From contig OY759724.1 of the NCBI GenBank assembly GCA_963662715.1, forward strand, positions 332,670 to 396,669: a stretch of DNA of 64,000 nucleotides, written 5' to 3'. A program made the translations under genes and the position numbers. The stretch comes from Candidatus Omnitrophota bacterium (GTDB taxonomy: Bacteria > Omnitrophota > Gorgyraeia > Zapsychrales > JANLHA01). This document shows positions 17,701-25,637 of the stretch, one piece after another; position 1 is the first letter of the stretch; each line of letters opens with the position of its first letter. The notes under the pieces were generated by a model. The model had not been told where the DNA came from and made no database searches. It saw only the letters and a program-made list of their open reading frames with translations.

Positions 17701-20476
17701 CCTGTTCCACGTCCACCCGGATCTCTTTGTTCACGTTCGGAAAAATGCTTTTGGCATATTCATATTCCTTAACCCGGTTCTCTTCATGCGTCCCTTGATT
17801 CGCGGTGTAGACCAAAGAACGCTCAAGCATCCGGTAAGGGTTCCCTTTTTCCTCTATCATGCGCCTGAACCCGCTTTCCATAACGATCTTCTTCCGTCCC
17901 GCCTCGACAACAAGGGCCATACCAAACGTGACATCTGTCCCGCTGTCGATTTCCTCTACCGTGGTAATATCGATCTGGCGTCTTTCTTTATTTAAAAAGT
18001 ACGTACGGATTTCACTCAGTTCTGCCAACTGAACTTCCCGGCGTTCCTGCCCGGCCTGTTCATAAGCCCATACCTGATTCAGAACTTCTCCCATACCCAT
18101 CCGCTGATTGTAGCTGTTGCCGAACATCACTCCGTCCCGGTACGGGATCCCGTCCGGGTTGATTCCGTCCTCTAATTCAACTAAAATATCTCTCCAATCC
18201 CGTTTCGTTTCATCACCGGCCCTGGCTTTCATCATCATAATCGGCGTAATACCATACCCGAAAAACTCATGGCTCGTTGTGCCTTCAGCTTCAGAATAAA
18301 CGCTCACCAACTGAAACAGGTCATCAAAATTTATTGTTCTGGTCCTTCCTGTCTCCGTCTCCACAACATTATCCTCTTTGGCGTGGATAAAATTCGCCAA
18401 TGAATCTTCCCGGATACTCCGCGGCGCCCCCAGCGGTGAGGAGACGGCCGTCTGATCAAGCAGCATGAGCTCGTCTTCGTCAAGCTGCTGCAGCAGGGCC
18501 GTTTCCGCATCTGACAGGGCCTGGGAAACCTCCGGCCCCTTTTGAAGAAGCTGTGTGGCGGCCTCTATTAAAACGCCCAACTGTTCCGGCACCTTGGCGA
18601 AAGTGTCGTCCGGCAACGCGTCGCTTCTTATCAAATGCAGCAAACTTAAAATCTTCCGCTCTCTTCGCAGTTCACTCCTGGCCACAGCCCGGTTTTCATC
18701 AGCCAGAGCTGACCGGTCTCCGTAATTTTGGGCCGCTTTCTCCAACCCGGCGATATCCTCTTGGTATAACTGCATAATTTCATCGGGAATGGTAACCGCA
18801 CCCCCACGCGCCCTCACAATAGTTTCCAAAGCTTCAAACACGTTCATCGGCGCTACGCCTGTCATCAACTCTTCCAAACGCCCTTCTTCCTGCGGCGCTA
18901 AGGTTGATTTAAGAATATCGGACATAATAAGGGCGAGACGCTTTGTTCTGGTTCTGGTAAAGGTCTTGGAAGCATATTCCAGCAAACGCCGGCTCTCCTC
19001 GGTCAGGTTCTGGAAAGATTCTATTTTCACCAGGTCATTAAGAGATACTCCCGCCTGAATCTTTTCGGCAATATCCGCACTCACGCGGCCGATCAGGGCC
19101 AACCCGTCGTCAACGGTGATCCGCTGGGCCGCGGCTGATGTGACATACCCCAGATACTGGCGGGCTAACTGCGTGTTCTGTTCGATCACATCGGCAAAAT
19201 TCGATATAGGGGAAGCCACAATAGCGCTCTGCGCCGACAATGTTTCAGAAGGGTTCTCCGCCAGGATAGCCGCCACCTGCACCACCGGGCTTGAAACACT
19301 CATCCCGGCATCGATCCTTGCTCTTAAAGGAGACGACGGCGGGACATTACGCAGTTCGACGGACGTGATCGAGCTGGAGACCTCGGAAGCATCAACCCCG
19401 CCGGAAAAATATTTTCGCGGGATGACTTTTTTCGTCGACATATCATAATCTTCCCGGATATAGTCATAAACGCCTTTTTTAAATGCCGCCAGGTACTGTT
19501 CATAAATTTTCTGTTTAATTTCCTTGTCGTTAACGTCCACGCCTTTCACCTTGCCTTTGTTGACATAGACTTGTCCAAGGAGACTCGCTCTTAAATTCTC
19601 TTTATACCAGGTCGCTAAAATCAGGGAATTGAAAATCTGCCGCAGATTAGCAAAATTCTTGCCCTCATTGACTTCCTTTTCTATTTCCGGCAACAAAACT
19701 TCCCGGACAACATCCGAAGAAACCTTGCTAAGAGTCTTTACATAATCCTGGGTGATCTTTGTGGTTCCTAATTTTTTATTATCCAGGTTCCTTTCCAAAG
19801 CTAAGTAATCCTCTTCCAGCATAACTTTCAGATGACTGTCAACCACAAAAGCGCTGCCGTTATGCTCAACAACCAAGGCGTCTTCCGGGATAATCCATAT
19901 TTTGTTGAACGTATTGATCGGAATATTTGTCGTACCATATTCTTTTTGTGCGCGGTCATAGACTCTTTGCCAAAATTCCTGGCCGAGATCATCTTCCGGA
20001 TAGATCATCGAGGCCGTTAACTGCTTCAGCATATAGTCCTGAGCCAGGAGGTCGCGGCCCATTTCTGTCATGCTGAAACCTTCGGGAACAATACGGTCGC
20101 TTTCATAAGGAGAAAGGTTAACCCACAAATCTTTTTCCGGGATCGTCAGGGCGGCGAGAAAATATTTAATGAGTTTGCTGGATTCTGCTTCGAGTTCTTC
20201 TCCGGTCAATTGGTCGTTTCCGGAATCGATAATAAAATCGAATTTTAAAGGATTTTCCGGGTCGATCTTCACCCCCTTCAAACAGGCCGGGGCATAAATA
20301 TCGCTTTTCATAACCATGGCCCCGGGCATCGGCAGATCCAAAACCGTCGGGGCTGGATCAGCCGCGGATACCGGCGCGGGTGGAATGATGAGGCTTATCA
20401 GAAATGAATAACTGATAAACGAGACTAAAATACGATACGACCAATGATCACGACTATTCCGGAAATAGTTAAACAT
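11756..20476 (-). CDS. Giant (2906 aa) multidomain protein. It has an N-terminal signal peptide or anchor, a TagD-like cytidylyltransferase module, an ASKHA/ROK-like kinase module, two receiver domains, an internal duplication and recurrent SSP junction motifs.
   Basis: Uninterrupted 8.7-kb ORF with a strong RBS (AGGAGGG, 11 nt upstream of the ATG at 20476). N-terminus: MFNYFRNSRDHW-[ILVSFISYSFLISLII]-PPAPVSA|ADP. aa ~993-1050 GVYASALNPLHFGQF...VGVVNHAFDYRKQKKG aligns with TagD TYGTFDLLHWGH...VVAISTDEFNLQKQKK. aa ~1860-2100 carries IGGAISN...AGILGAALL, then VVIGVDVGGTSAK and ILYIGPGTGLGAALL (ROK/ASKHA motifs). aa 1466-1588 and 1601-1723 are two REC domains with the DD, D, T and K residues all present. 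Confidence 0.85.
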   Translation of the reverse strand: MFNYFRNSRDHWSYRILVSFISYSFLISLIIPPAPVSAADPAPTVLDLPMPGAMVMKSDIYAPACLKGVKIDPENPLKFDFIIDSGNDQLTGEELEAESSKLIKYFLAALTIPEKDLWVNLSPYESDRIVPEGFSMTEMGRDLLAQDYMLKQLTASMIYPEDDLGQEFWQRVYDRAQKEYGTTNIPINTFNKIWIIPEDALVVEHNGSAFVVDSHLKVMLEEDYLALERNLDNKKLGTTKITQDYVKTLSKVSSDVVREVLLPEIEKEVNEGKNFANLRQIFNSLILATWYKENLRASLLGQVYVNKGKVKGVDVNDKEIKQKIYEQYLAAFKKGVYDYIREDYDMSTKKVIPRKYFSGGVDASEVSSSITSVELRNVPPSSPLRARIDAGMSVSSPVVQVAAILAENPSETLSAQSAIVASPISNFADVIEQNTQLARQYLGYVTSAAAQRITVDDGLALIGRVSADIAEKIQAGVSLNDLVKIESFQNLTEESRRLLEYASKTFTRTRTKRLALIMSDILKSTLAPQEEGRLEELMTGVAPMNVFEALETIVRARGGAVTIPDEIMQLYQEDIAGLEKAAQNYGDRSALADENRAVARSELRRERKILSLLHLIRSDALPDDTFAKVPEQLGVLIEAATQLLQKGPEVSQALSDAETALLQQLDEDELMLLDQTAVSSPLGAPRSIREDSLANFIHAKEDNVVETETGRTRTINFDDLFQLVSVYSEAEGTTSHEFFGYGITPIMMMKARAGDETKRDWRDILVELEDGINPDGIPYRDGVMFGNSYNQRMGMGEVLNQVWAYEQAGQERREVQLAELSEIRTYFLNKERRQIDITTVEEIDSGTDVTFGMALVVEAGRKKIVMESGFRRMIEEKGNPYRMLERSLVYTANQGTHEENRVKEYEYAKSIFPNVNKEIRVDVEQVFDNLVRRSLRQEPGRNEQLAGEWTRKVKESLWEIGVHMMNGEMQLQQVRWSEQDAEFTGQETDTGDTIVGVYASALNPLHFGQFEPVLRAMAQLKISQVGVVNHAFDYRKQKKGLNPTFEERDEMAQEWVDLFDGLLVLSKVLNGSEADGETKYKKLIEINGGRTGKTTWVYTAVGGDHMHVYAPSSDMDTDGYRTPKMDGDHPQPDTVLKMDRMKEELADHLQRNNIDMMLAFNFRELFESLPMPVEVAQMKEYMARGFIRPIGHINLFGTSSTNIREHFSSDPEKDITFLPVGVEKYILSHPRYRGWMTGLPAAIERMVTGEYEVDRDDIELFRQWMDIEASQGRVPTAAQISQYFTFRLEDLRKFNFTAGSLEDAERSAGVSFRNDLIGITEEDAARALELVRTTPPASSPVIDTTGLELLTMAQGQTGIIRTYHPQSFARTILVMRDNNPVMVIGEEVAGANQISHKLYDGRTGEIVAEVFFEIEGAYVAAAQATETEVSEILSGIIQANKYSEDLQAFISQVESSLRAAPVASPIQKILLVDDSKSILLLVSEDLKDVFGDVEVVTADNGQEALQTFRESGDFDLVVTDLQMPVMTGDQFTRELRAAGNNVPVVLLSGTIDDTLTAVDEATGLKGGLFDEVLDKPYEFEQLTALKDKITTTTAAVVSTPIKKILVVDDEEMVGDVAAQLFGAVFGEAEVIRADNGEEGLRVFNENPDIDLVVTDFVMPQMTGEQLAREIRAVRDLPIILTTGFAPNLEELQQVDAATGLKGGLFTDIFMKPYSVKDIVALKNNLGSSPLEAIPVAISLRDGREVLVSFTTERLTTENLSSTTAINRMFAQVNEQLLKENKDLFTDLLAEYQGNLDTRFMGWVLQTYPDSEAADVITQVLEFVGGVYAQFASLLMEGALRSQDGEALRAIEDEWKGINVIEIGGAISNNPFIRNILEQKIRSVLGTGVTILPILSAENQMVAEEAGILGAALLVDQDLRRNKVVIGVDVGGTSAKMQGIQFDENGNFVQFVGGMQRFVLDRDIAQVQPEEYYSALLPLINTLRNELETEQYEVSFEIGVGHPGKKEADGAIAQESWPNRPQFFGVNPASTLQGLLGEPYNVVWMNDAFAGATALYELSGQRIDNARILYIGPGTGLGAALLRTDENGIPNMEAGRDLHAQHDPYIGESLLAASPVKTMVREGQNWAENDGPSLRALFGHDGRILYAHRDHTQGTTRLVLRARDDKTDIKELTLSGDWMSESPFVLAEALETAASAGEWQAAVMRARTKYNEVENYEAASQLGNFAVLGEPLVSEGRNLDNNQGASRRILFKHDGNVLYVNVHEPDSTTRLELRAPDDATVLVSREIQGDFEYANPFALQDVLLTWTPTDGPFAVALTGVEAKYIEFLDYTNLGVSSPILSTIGLAEENVQLINQIVDIDKQVNGAQNGWIHAAMRALLANQIVFIEQNPPLAKAAHILSIKLMDGAYPVGEAMFRLLPASLALGYNLVTADAYQAIQEAIELEKADRRTEAENKLMEIDGVDRALAERILVMAARVFNEAVRVTEDENRDLQLLMLDAGRPERFPLIDFMSLGASSPIQFAANEKEKVADLLTQAEQLLAQVEIEVEKDRARLETVRNQVADVLRQVGEILPAKELQIELARDIPIEEATRLESVINTMSQLETRLTDLSVPFKLSEQLTVKTNLPEFDEGEDLPWKRTYFFVEGANLVLRYDGVRADETGVAFQWQEAGIDVAVTLPGDWVDRDITEVLDRVNEESAVQNLLATAEVIELASAAVSSPIEAVDKAMTKFNLKNKGTRELLVSVADGSISTKQAKRDLSKLMRTEKNSKGGVGQVINTVQRLAANIGAAPATSSPLGGIDLNPALLNLQIRRDGSGVPLPVQQQPIQNMNIEGFLPVIINITPIPNLPMLLGMSAEDAVPARGTTRGRGTEAEKGADRKPQQEPAESDIQFFFDDEHDKLSMLNYN

Positions 20477-20701
20477 AATACAGTTCCCTCCTGGATTTTG
20501 GTAAAAAAATAGACTTTCTTATGAATTTACATAGAATTCTTGGGACAGGGAGATTTTTTGAAAGGGTATATAAAATATATCATGTATAAAGGGGAAACAC
20601 AAGAAAAGTTTATTATATAACATATTTATTTCCTTATATTTAAGAACTTGCCCAGGCCGTTTCCAAAAATTAGGGCACATAAAGGATAAAATAAGTCATA
20701 T

Positions 20702-21175
20702 TTACTGTGATTCCGGAGAAATATCCGTAATGTGAAATTCCGCTGTAAGCCCTTCCTCTAACTGATTTTGAGACGACTGTCCGGCATTAACCTCCAAAAC
20801 ATACAGGGCTTTTTGCGCAGGCGGGTAAACAGGACAGGGCGACGACTGGCACGGGGGGACGTTTTCTTCAATATGAACAATCCTCCGGTTATGATCCAGC
20901 CAGATGATATCTAGAGGAATATACGTATCTTTCATCCAGAAAGCATAGGCTCTTCGTTCCGGAAAAATAAAAAGCATCCCTTTCCCCGGCTCCAGGCTGG
21001 TGCGGAATTGCAGGCCTTGCGTCCTTTGTTCCTGAGTTAAAGCTAACTCGACTTCATAACACGTATCTGAGAAGCATACACTGTTGTTTTTGCTGACTTT
21101 TTTCTGACAGGAAGCAATAAAAAACAGCAGAAAAAAGGCCAGGCAGAAAAATCTGATATTTTTAGGCATCATCAC
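20702..21175 (-). CDS. DUF192-domain lipoprotein
   Basis: 157 aa. Lipoprotein-type signal FFIASC. The core ...QGLQFRTSLEPGKGMLFIF...AFWMKDTYIPLDIIWLD matches the DUF192 (COG1430) signature. Confidence 0.7.
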   Translation of the reverse strand: MMMPKNIRFFCLAFFLLFFIASCQKKVSKNNSVCFSDTCYEVELALTQEQRTQGLQFRTSLEPGKGMLFIFPERRAYAFWMKDTYIPLDIIWLDHNRRIVHIEENVPPCQSSPCPVYPPAQKALYVLEVNAGQSSQNQLEEGLTAEFHITDISPESQ

Positions 21176-21957
21176 AATTCATTTCCCGTGAGGTTCAAAT
21201 AATCCTTGAAGCGGAGCGCCCCGGTGATTTCCTTATGAACAATCCCCACGCGCTCGGAAAGATACGGATGCGTACGGAAATAATTGATCTGCTGGGCAGG
21301 TGCCCGGTCCTGTTCTTTTTTGAGGATATCCAGCATCGTTATCATTTCCTCGGCATCATAGCCTGCCTTCTTCATATATTTCACGGCCAGCCGGTCGGCT
21401 TCAAATTCATCACGCCGGGAATAGGCGAAAAAAACACTCGTATAGACGGCATTAACGCCCACAATGGCATCCGCATCCTGCGAGGCGATGGCCAAAGCCT
21501 GCAGAATGGTATACCCGTAAGCGCTCTGCATCCGTTTGATGCCGTGGCGGGCCGTAATATGGCCTAACTCATGCGCAATAACCCCGGCCAATTGATCATC
21601 ATTCTCCACCTTATCCATAAGGCCTTTAAAAACATAAATATACCCTCCGGGCAGACTCACGGCATTGATTTTATCCTCATCAATCACGCGGATCGTGTAA
21701 ACCACGTCTTTCCGGTCGACAACCGGAATTAAGCTCTCAAGAATTTTCTGAACCCGCGCATTGACATCGATGTCCTCGTTAATTTTATAGTTGCGTTCAA
21801 TTTGCCGGGCCACAGAATCCCCGATACGCACTTCTTTCTCCGTCCCGTAAATCAGCCGTTCCTCGCGCCCGGTCGCTAGATTATATTCCGAGGAACAGCC
21901 CCACAGGTTCAACAGGGACATCAGCATGACCAGCAAACAACCATGTCGCCTACTCAT
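21172..21957 (-). CDS. M48-family zinc metalloprotease (HtpX/BepA-like), lipoprotein. Start moved to M26 of the track ORF.
   Basis: HELGHITARH (HExxH) motif and an E-x-x-A-D-like downstream region. The ATG at 21957..21955 overlaps the maf stop as ATGA and yields an N-terminus MSRRHGCLLVMLMSLLNLWGCSS with a lipobox. The track ORF's 25-codon upstream extension (to 22032) runs inside maf. Confidence 0.75.
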   Translation of the reverse strand: MSRRHGCLLVMLMSLLNLWGCSSEYNLATGREERLIYGTEKEVRIGDSVARQIERNYKINEDIDVNARVQKILESLIPVVDRKDVVYTIRVIDEDKINAVSLPGGYIYVFKGLMDKVENDDQLAGVIAHELGHITARHGIKRMQSAYGYTILQALAIASQDADAIVGVNAVYTSVFFAYSRRDEFEADRLAVKYMKKAGYDAEEMITMLDILKKEQDRAPAQQINYFRTHPYLSERVGIVHKEITGALRFKDYLNLTGNEL

Positions 21958-22559
21958 AATACCGTTACTCCGCATTTCTTGAGCATGCCCCGTAACATGG
22001 CCAAAGGCAACCCGATGACGTTTGTGTAGCATCCTTCAACACGGTTAATAAACAGCGCGCCCCGGCCCTCAATATTATACCCGCCGGCTTTATCCAGAGG
22101 AAATATCTTACGATGATACCGCCGGATTTCCTGATCTGACAACGGCTGCATATAGACTTTGGTTTTTTCATAGCCGACAAATTCCCGGTTCCCGGCAACA
22201 TCAATGACAGCCACACCCGTGTAGACCCAGTGCGGATGCCGGCACAAGAATCTCAGGACACTTTCAGCTTCTTTAAGATTTCCGGGTTTGCCGATAAGAC
22301 CTTTATGCCGTTGGTAAACAACCGTATCCGCCGCAATGATACAGCCTTTCCGAAACCGGGCGGCCACATCTCTCGCTTTTAAACAGGCGTTGTGTTTAAC
22401 AAGCCTGCTGCAGGAATTTCTCACCTGATGGTCCTCCTGCACGGCGCTGGGACACACGGTAAACTTCAGCCCCAGTTGACGGAGAAGGGCTTTACGGCGT
22501 TGAGACGCCGAAGCTAGAATAATGGATGGCATTGTCGGCATGATGAAAAGATAGCCCAA
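21954..22559 (-). CDS. maf: Maf-like nucleoside-triphosphate pyrophosphatase (septum formation protein Maf)
   Basis: 201 aa. IILASASQRRKALLRQLGL...IIAADTVV... is typical of Maf. Confidence 0.85.
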   Translation of the reverse strand: MGYLFIMPTMPSIILASASQRRKALLRQLGLKFTVCPSAVQEDHQVRNSCSRLVKHNACLKARDVAARFRKGCIIAADTVVYQRHKGLIGKPGNLKEAESVLRFLCRHPHWVYTGVAVIDVAGNREFVGYEKTKVYMQPLSDQEIRRYHRKIFPLDKAGGYNIEGRGALFINRVEGCYTNVIGLPLAMLRGMLKKCGVTVL

Positions 22560-22572
22560 AAGAAAAAAACAA

Positions 22573-23139
22573 TCAGTTCGTCTTTAAAAAATCCTCGGCT
22601 GTAAAAATAGACACCAGATCACAGCCTCTGTCTGCGAGGGCTTCCCGGGCGCCTTCCTGGCGGTCAACGATACATACGGCCTTCACGGCCTTGAACCCTG
22701 ACCGAGACAATACATCCAAAGACTGTAAAAAGGCTTTTCCTGTTGTTGCGACATCGTCCACGAGCAGACAACGGGCGCCTTCCGGCAGCAACGGGCCTTC
22801 GATCTGCTGTTGTTTGCCATGCGACTTGGGGACTTTTCTGATGATAAATGTTTTAAGCGGTTTCTGGTCCTGGAAAGCCAGCACATTAAGGGCCCCGAGC
22901 AAAGGATCGGCACCTAAGGTGGGGCCGCCGATGGCATCAAAGGTTTCTTCCTGAGCCAAAGCCCAGATCACCCTGGCCGTATAATAGGCTCCGGCCGAAG
23001 AAAGCGTCACCCGCCTGGCATCAATGTAGTAATCACTTTCCTTCCCGGAAGATAAAATAATCTTTTCCCGGAAGAAAGCCTGGTCTTTAAGAATTTCAAA
23101 CAGCTTCTCCCGGTCTGTCTTTGTCGTGTTTATTGACAC
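22573..23139 (-). CDS. pyrE: Orotate phosphoribosyltransferase
   Basis: 188 aa. PRTase motif LLVDDVATTGKA and the OPRTase N-terminal hood region. Confidence 0.85.
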   Translation of the reverse strand: MSINTTKTDREKLFEILKDQAFFREKIILSSGKESDYYIDARRVTLSSAGAYYTARVIWALAQEETFDAIGGPTLGADPLLGALNVLAFQDQKPLKTFIIRKVPKSHGKQQQIEGPLLPEGARCLLVDDVATTGKAFLQSLDVLSRSGFKAVKAVCIVDRQEGAREALADRGCDLVSIFTAEDFLKTN

Positions 23140-23305
23140 ATTCCTGTCCTTTCCCTAAAAGATTAAGGATTTCCCGGCATCACGGCGAACCGATTTCCGG
23201 AACTTCCAAACGGCGCCGTCTGATTTCATTTTATACCTGACAACTTGAAAAACCGCTTATTCATAAAAACATGCCTTAAATAGCCTGCTCTGTTTTTTGC
23301 ACGGC

Positions 23306-23530
23306 ATCTGACCACACGATCTTTTTTCCTGCGAGATGAGCGCCCTGTTTTTTCAGGTGCGTCGATCTCAGCCCTTTCTTTGCTTTCTGCGGGATGACCG
23401 GGCACTTTTCAGAACTGCACGATCCTAGCTTTTTCCTGCGAGATAAGCACCCTCTTCTTCAGGTGCGTCAATCGCAGCTTTCTTTCTGCGAGATGAGCGC
23501 CCTGTTTTTTTAGGTGCGCTCAATCGCAGC
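23306..23530. repeat. Three tandem copies, plus one degenerate partial, of a ~45-bp imperfect hairpin element in the pyrE/comF divergent intergenic region
   Basis: Copies at 23328..23372 (cctgcgagatgagcgccctgttttttcaggtgcgtcgatctcagc), 23435..23478 (cctgcgagataagcaccctcttcttcaggtgcgtcaatcgcagc) and 23485..23530 (tctgcgagatgagcgccctgtttttttaggtgcgctcaatcgcagc). Each folds as CTGCGAGATGAGCGCCCTG-[T-rich loop]-CAGGTGCGCTCA(A)TCGCAG. Copies 2 and 3 abut each other. Copy 1 is separated from copy 2 by a degenerate partial copy. Confidence 0.6.
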
Positions 23531-23605
23531 AAATAGTTATTATACGTTGTTTCCCCCCTCTATTCAAGCCGATTCCCCTTTCAAAACACATCACCACACC
23601 CATCA

Positions 23606-24388
23606 ATGAGTGAACCTGTCCCCGCGTTTGACCGCAAAGCTCCCTTGTGCTACAATCGCCTCATGATCAGGGAGTTTTCTTCGGCCCTGCTTGATTTGAT
23701 TTTCCCCCCCGTCTGTATTCATTGCCGGTCTCCCCTTTCACCATCAAGCAGCACATTCCAGTTATGCCCTGTCTGCAGAGCACAGGTTCTGCTGACCCGG
23801 CCCCCTTTCTGTCTCCGATGTTCCCGGACCATCACCGATATATCTTCCGTATTTTGTCCTGTCTGCCGGAAACAAAAACATGATTTTGATCAGGCTGTCA
23901 GCTGTTGCCAATATAATGAAGTCATGAAAAATCTGCTCCACTTGTTTAAATATCATCATAAAACCGCGTTAAAACATTTTTTTTGCAGCTGCATATACCT
24001 TTTCCTGCAAAGGTATTCCATATCCCTGCAGACCTTCGACTGTATTGTTCCCGTGCCTTTACATCCGGCCCGCTTCAGAGAAAGAGGCTATAACCAATCT
24101 CTTCTTATCGCTCAAGAGCTTTCCCGGAATCACAACATTGTCCTGTCGGCCCACAATCTGCTCCGCACACGTAACACTAAGAGTCAAACAGCGTTAAGTA
24201 TAAAAGAACGCTGGACAAATATTCAGAGCGCCTTTACAATAAAATGTCCTTTTACGTATAAAGGCAAAAATGTGCTGATTATAGACGACCTGTTAACAAC
24301 CGGAGCCACGACATCAGAAATAGCGAAAACTCTCAAAAATGACGGGGCCAAGAAAGTGGCCGTTCTGACATTAGCCATTGCCTCTTAA
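23606..24388 (+). CDS. comF: ComF-family protein (double zinc ribbon + phosphoribosyltransferase domain)
   Basis: 260 aa. N-terminal Cys pairs (CIHC...CPVC, CLRC...CPVC) and a C-terminal PRTase motif LIIDDLLTTGAT. The true start may be M20 (MIREF...). Confidence 0.75.
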   Translation: MSEPVPAFDRKAPLCYNRLMIREFSSALLDLIFPPVCIHCRSPLSPSSSTFQLCPVCRAQVLLTRPPFCLRCSRTITDISSVFCPVCRKQKHDFDQAVSCCQYNEVMKNLLHLFKYHHKTALKHFFCSCIYLFLQRYSISLQTFDCIVPVPLHPARFRERGYNQSLLIAQELSRNHNIVLSAHNLLRTRNTKSQTALSIKERWTNIQSAFTIKCPFTYKGKNVLIIDDLLTTGATTSEIAKTLKNDGAKKVAVLTLAIAS

Positions 24389-24524
24389 GTGTTCTCCTGT
24401 TTCCTTTAATATATATTTTAACAAAAGGCCTGAAGGCAATTACAGCACTCTCAAGGAACATTGAACCGTATCCTAGAAAAGGCCAACTACCTCAATATTT
24501 ATTTAGCCAAGCTGGCCACCTCTC

Positions 24525-25616
24525 ATGAGAATATTAAGAAATTATGTCCTTAACGAATGCGTTGTCCCTTTTTTCCTGGCCCTGGGTGTGCTCACCTGCG
24601 TTTTTCTGCTGGGTAATCTCATTCAACTCACTCATCTGGTGATCAACAAAGGGGTAAGTCTTTTAACGGTCAGCCGCGTGTTCCTGCTGTATATCCCTGT
24701 TTTGTTAGGGTACACTCTTCCTATCGCCTGTCTGGTGGCTGTCATTCTGGGCTTCAGCCGCTTGTCCTCCGACAATGAAATTCTGGCGATGAGGGCCAGC
24801 GGGATAATTCTCAGACGGTTATTCATCCCGCTTTTCGTTGTCGGGGTGGTCCTTTCCCTCGTTATGTTTATTCTGAATGACCGCCTCATCCCTTATGCCC
24901 ACCATGAACAGCGGAAATTATTAAAAGACCTCGGGGCCAAAAATCCCACCGCCCTGCTCGAGCCGGGGGTGTTTATCCACGCTTTTGAAGGCCAGATTCT
25001 TTTCATTCATAAAATTGAAGACAACCGCCTTCACAATATAACCATTTATCAGCCGCAGCCGGACGGCAAACCGACCCGTACGATCATCGCCAGCCGGGGA
25101 GAATTCTCCCGCGTTCCGGGGAAAAAGCAGATTATCCTCAAGCTGGTCAACGGGACGTCAGACGAACCTGACATGAAAAATCCCAACAACTTCTATAAGC
25201 TTAATTTCAACACGCTTTTTGTTACTTTGGACATGGACCAGTCCGACCAGAAACTTGACAAAAAGGCCAAAAGCATGTCTTTGAAGGAACTGAAAGAGGA
25301 AGCGTACCGTTTGGAGAAATTGCTCGTTGACACATCACGCCTGAAAACAGAGTATTACGCTAAAATCACCTGGTCATTCGCTCCGCTCGTGTTCGTGACC
25401 CTGGGCTTTCCCCTGGCCGTTATAACGAATAAACGGGAAAAGTCCGCCAATGTTATTATTGCAATCCTGGCCGCCGCTGTTTATTACCTCATGACCTTAG
25501 GATGCGAGGCCTTAAGCATCGAGAATATTGTACCGCCCGGAATTATTATGTGGGTGCCGAACATTATCGGAGGAGCCGTTACGCTTGTCTTAAATTACCG
25601 GTTAGGAAAACTTTAA
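24525..25616 (+). CDS. lptF: LptF/LptG-family LPS export permease (YjgP/YjgQ)
   Basis: 363 aa with 6 TM helices and a central periplasmic beta-jellyroll domain. The N-terminus MRILRNYVLNE...FFLAL is typical. The paralog immediately downstream gives the usual lptFG pair. Confidence 0.7.
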   Translation: MRILRNYVLNECVVPFFLALGVLTCVFLLGNLIQLTHLVINKGVSLLTVSRVFLLYIPVLLGYTLPIACLVAVILGFSRLSSDNEILAMRASGIILRRLFIPLFVVGVVLSLVMFILNDRLIPYAHHEQRKLLKDLGAKNPTALLEPGVFIHAFEGQILFIHKIEDNRLHNITIYQPQPDGKPTRTIIASRGEFSRVPGKKQIILKLVNGTSDEPDMKNPNNFYKLNFNTLFVTLDMDQSDQKLDKKAKSMSLKELKEEAYRLEKLLVDTSRLKTEYYAKITWSFAPLVFVTLGFPLAVITNKREKSANVIIAILAAAVYYLMTLGCEALSIENIVPPGIIMWVPNIIGGAVTLVLNYRLGKL

Positions 25617-25637
25617 TATTCATTTTATTATTCCATT

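Noticed and set aside
23306-23530. Possible CRISPR array, suggested by the repeated ~45-bp units
   Set aside because: Repeat spacing is irregular (copies 2 and 3 abut, with no unique spacers). The units are internally palindromic with a T-rich loop. No cas genes are nearby.
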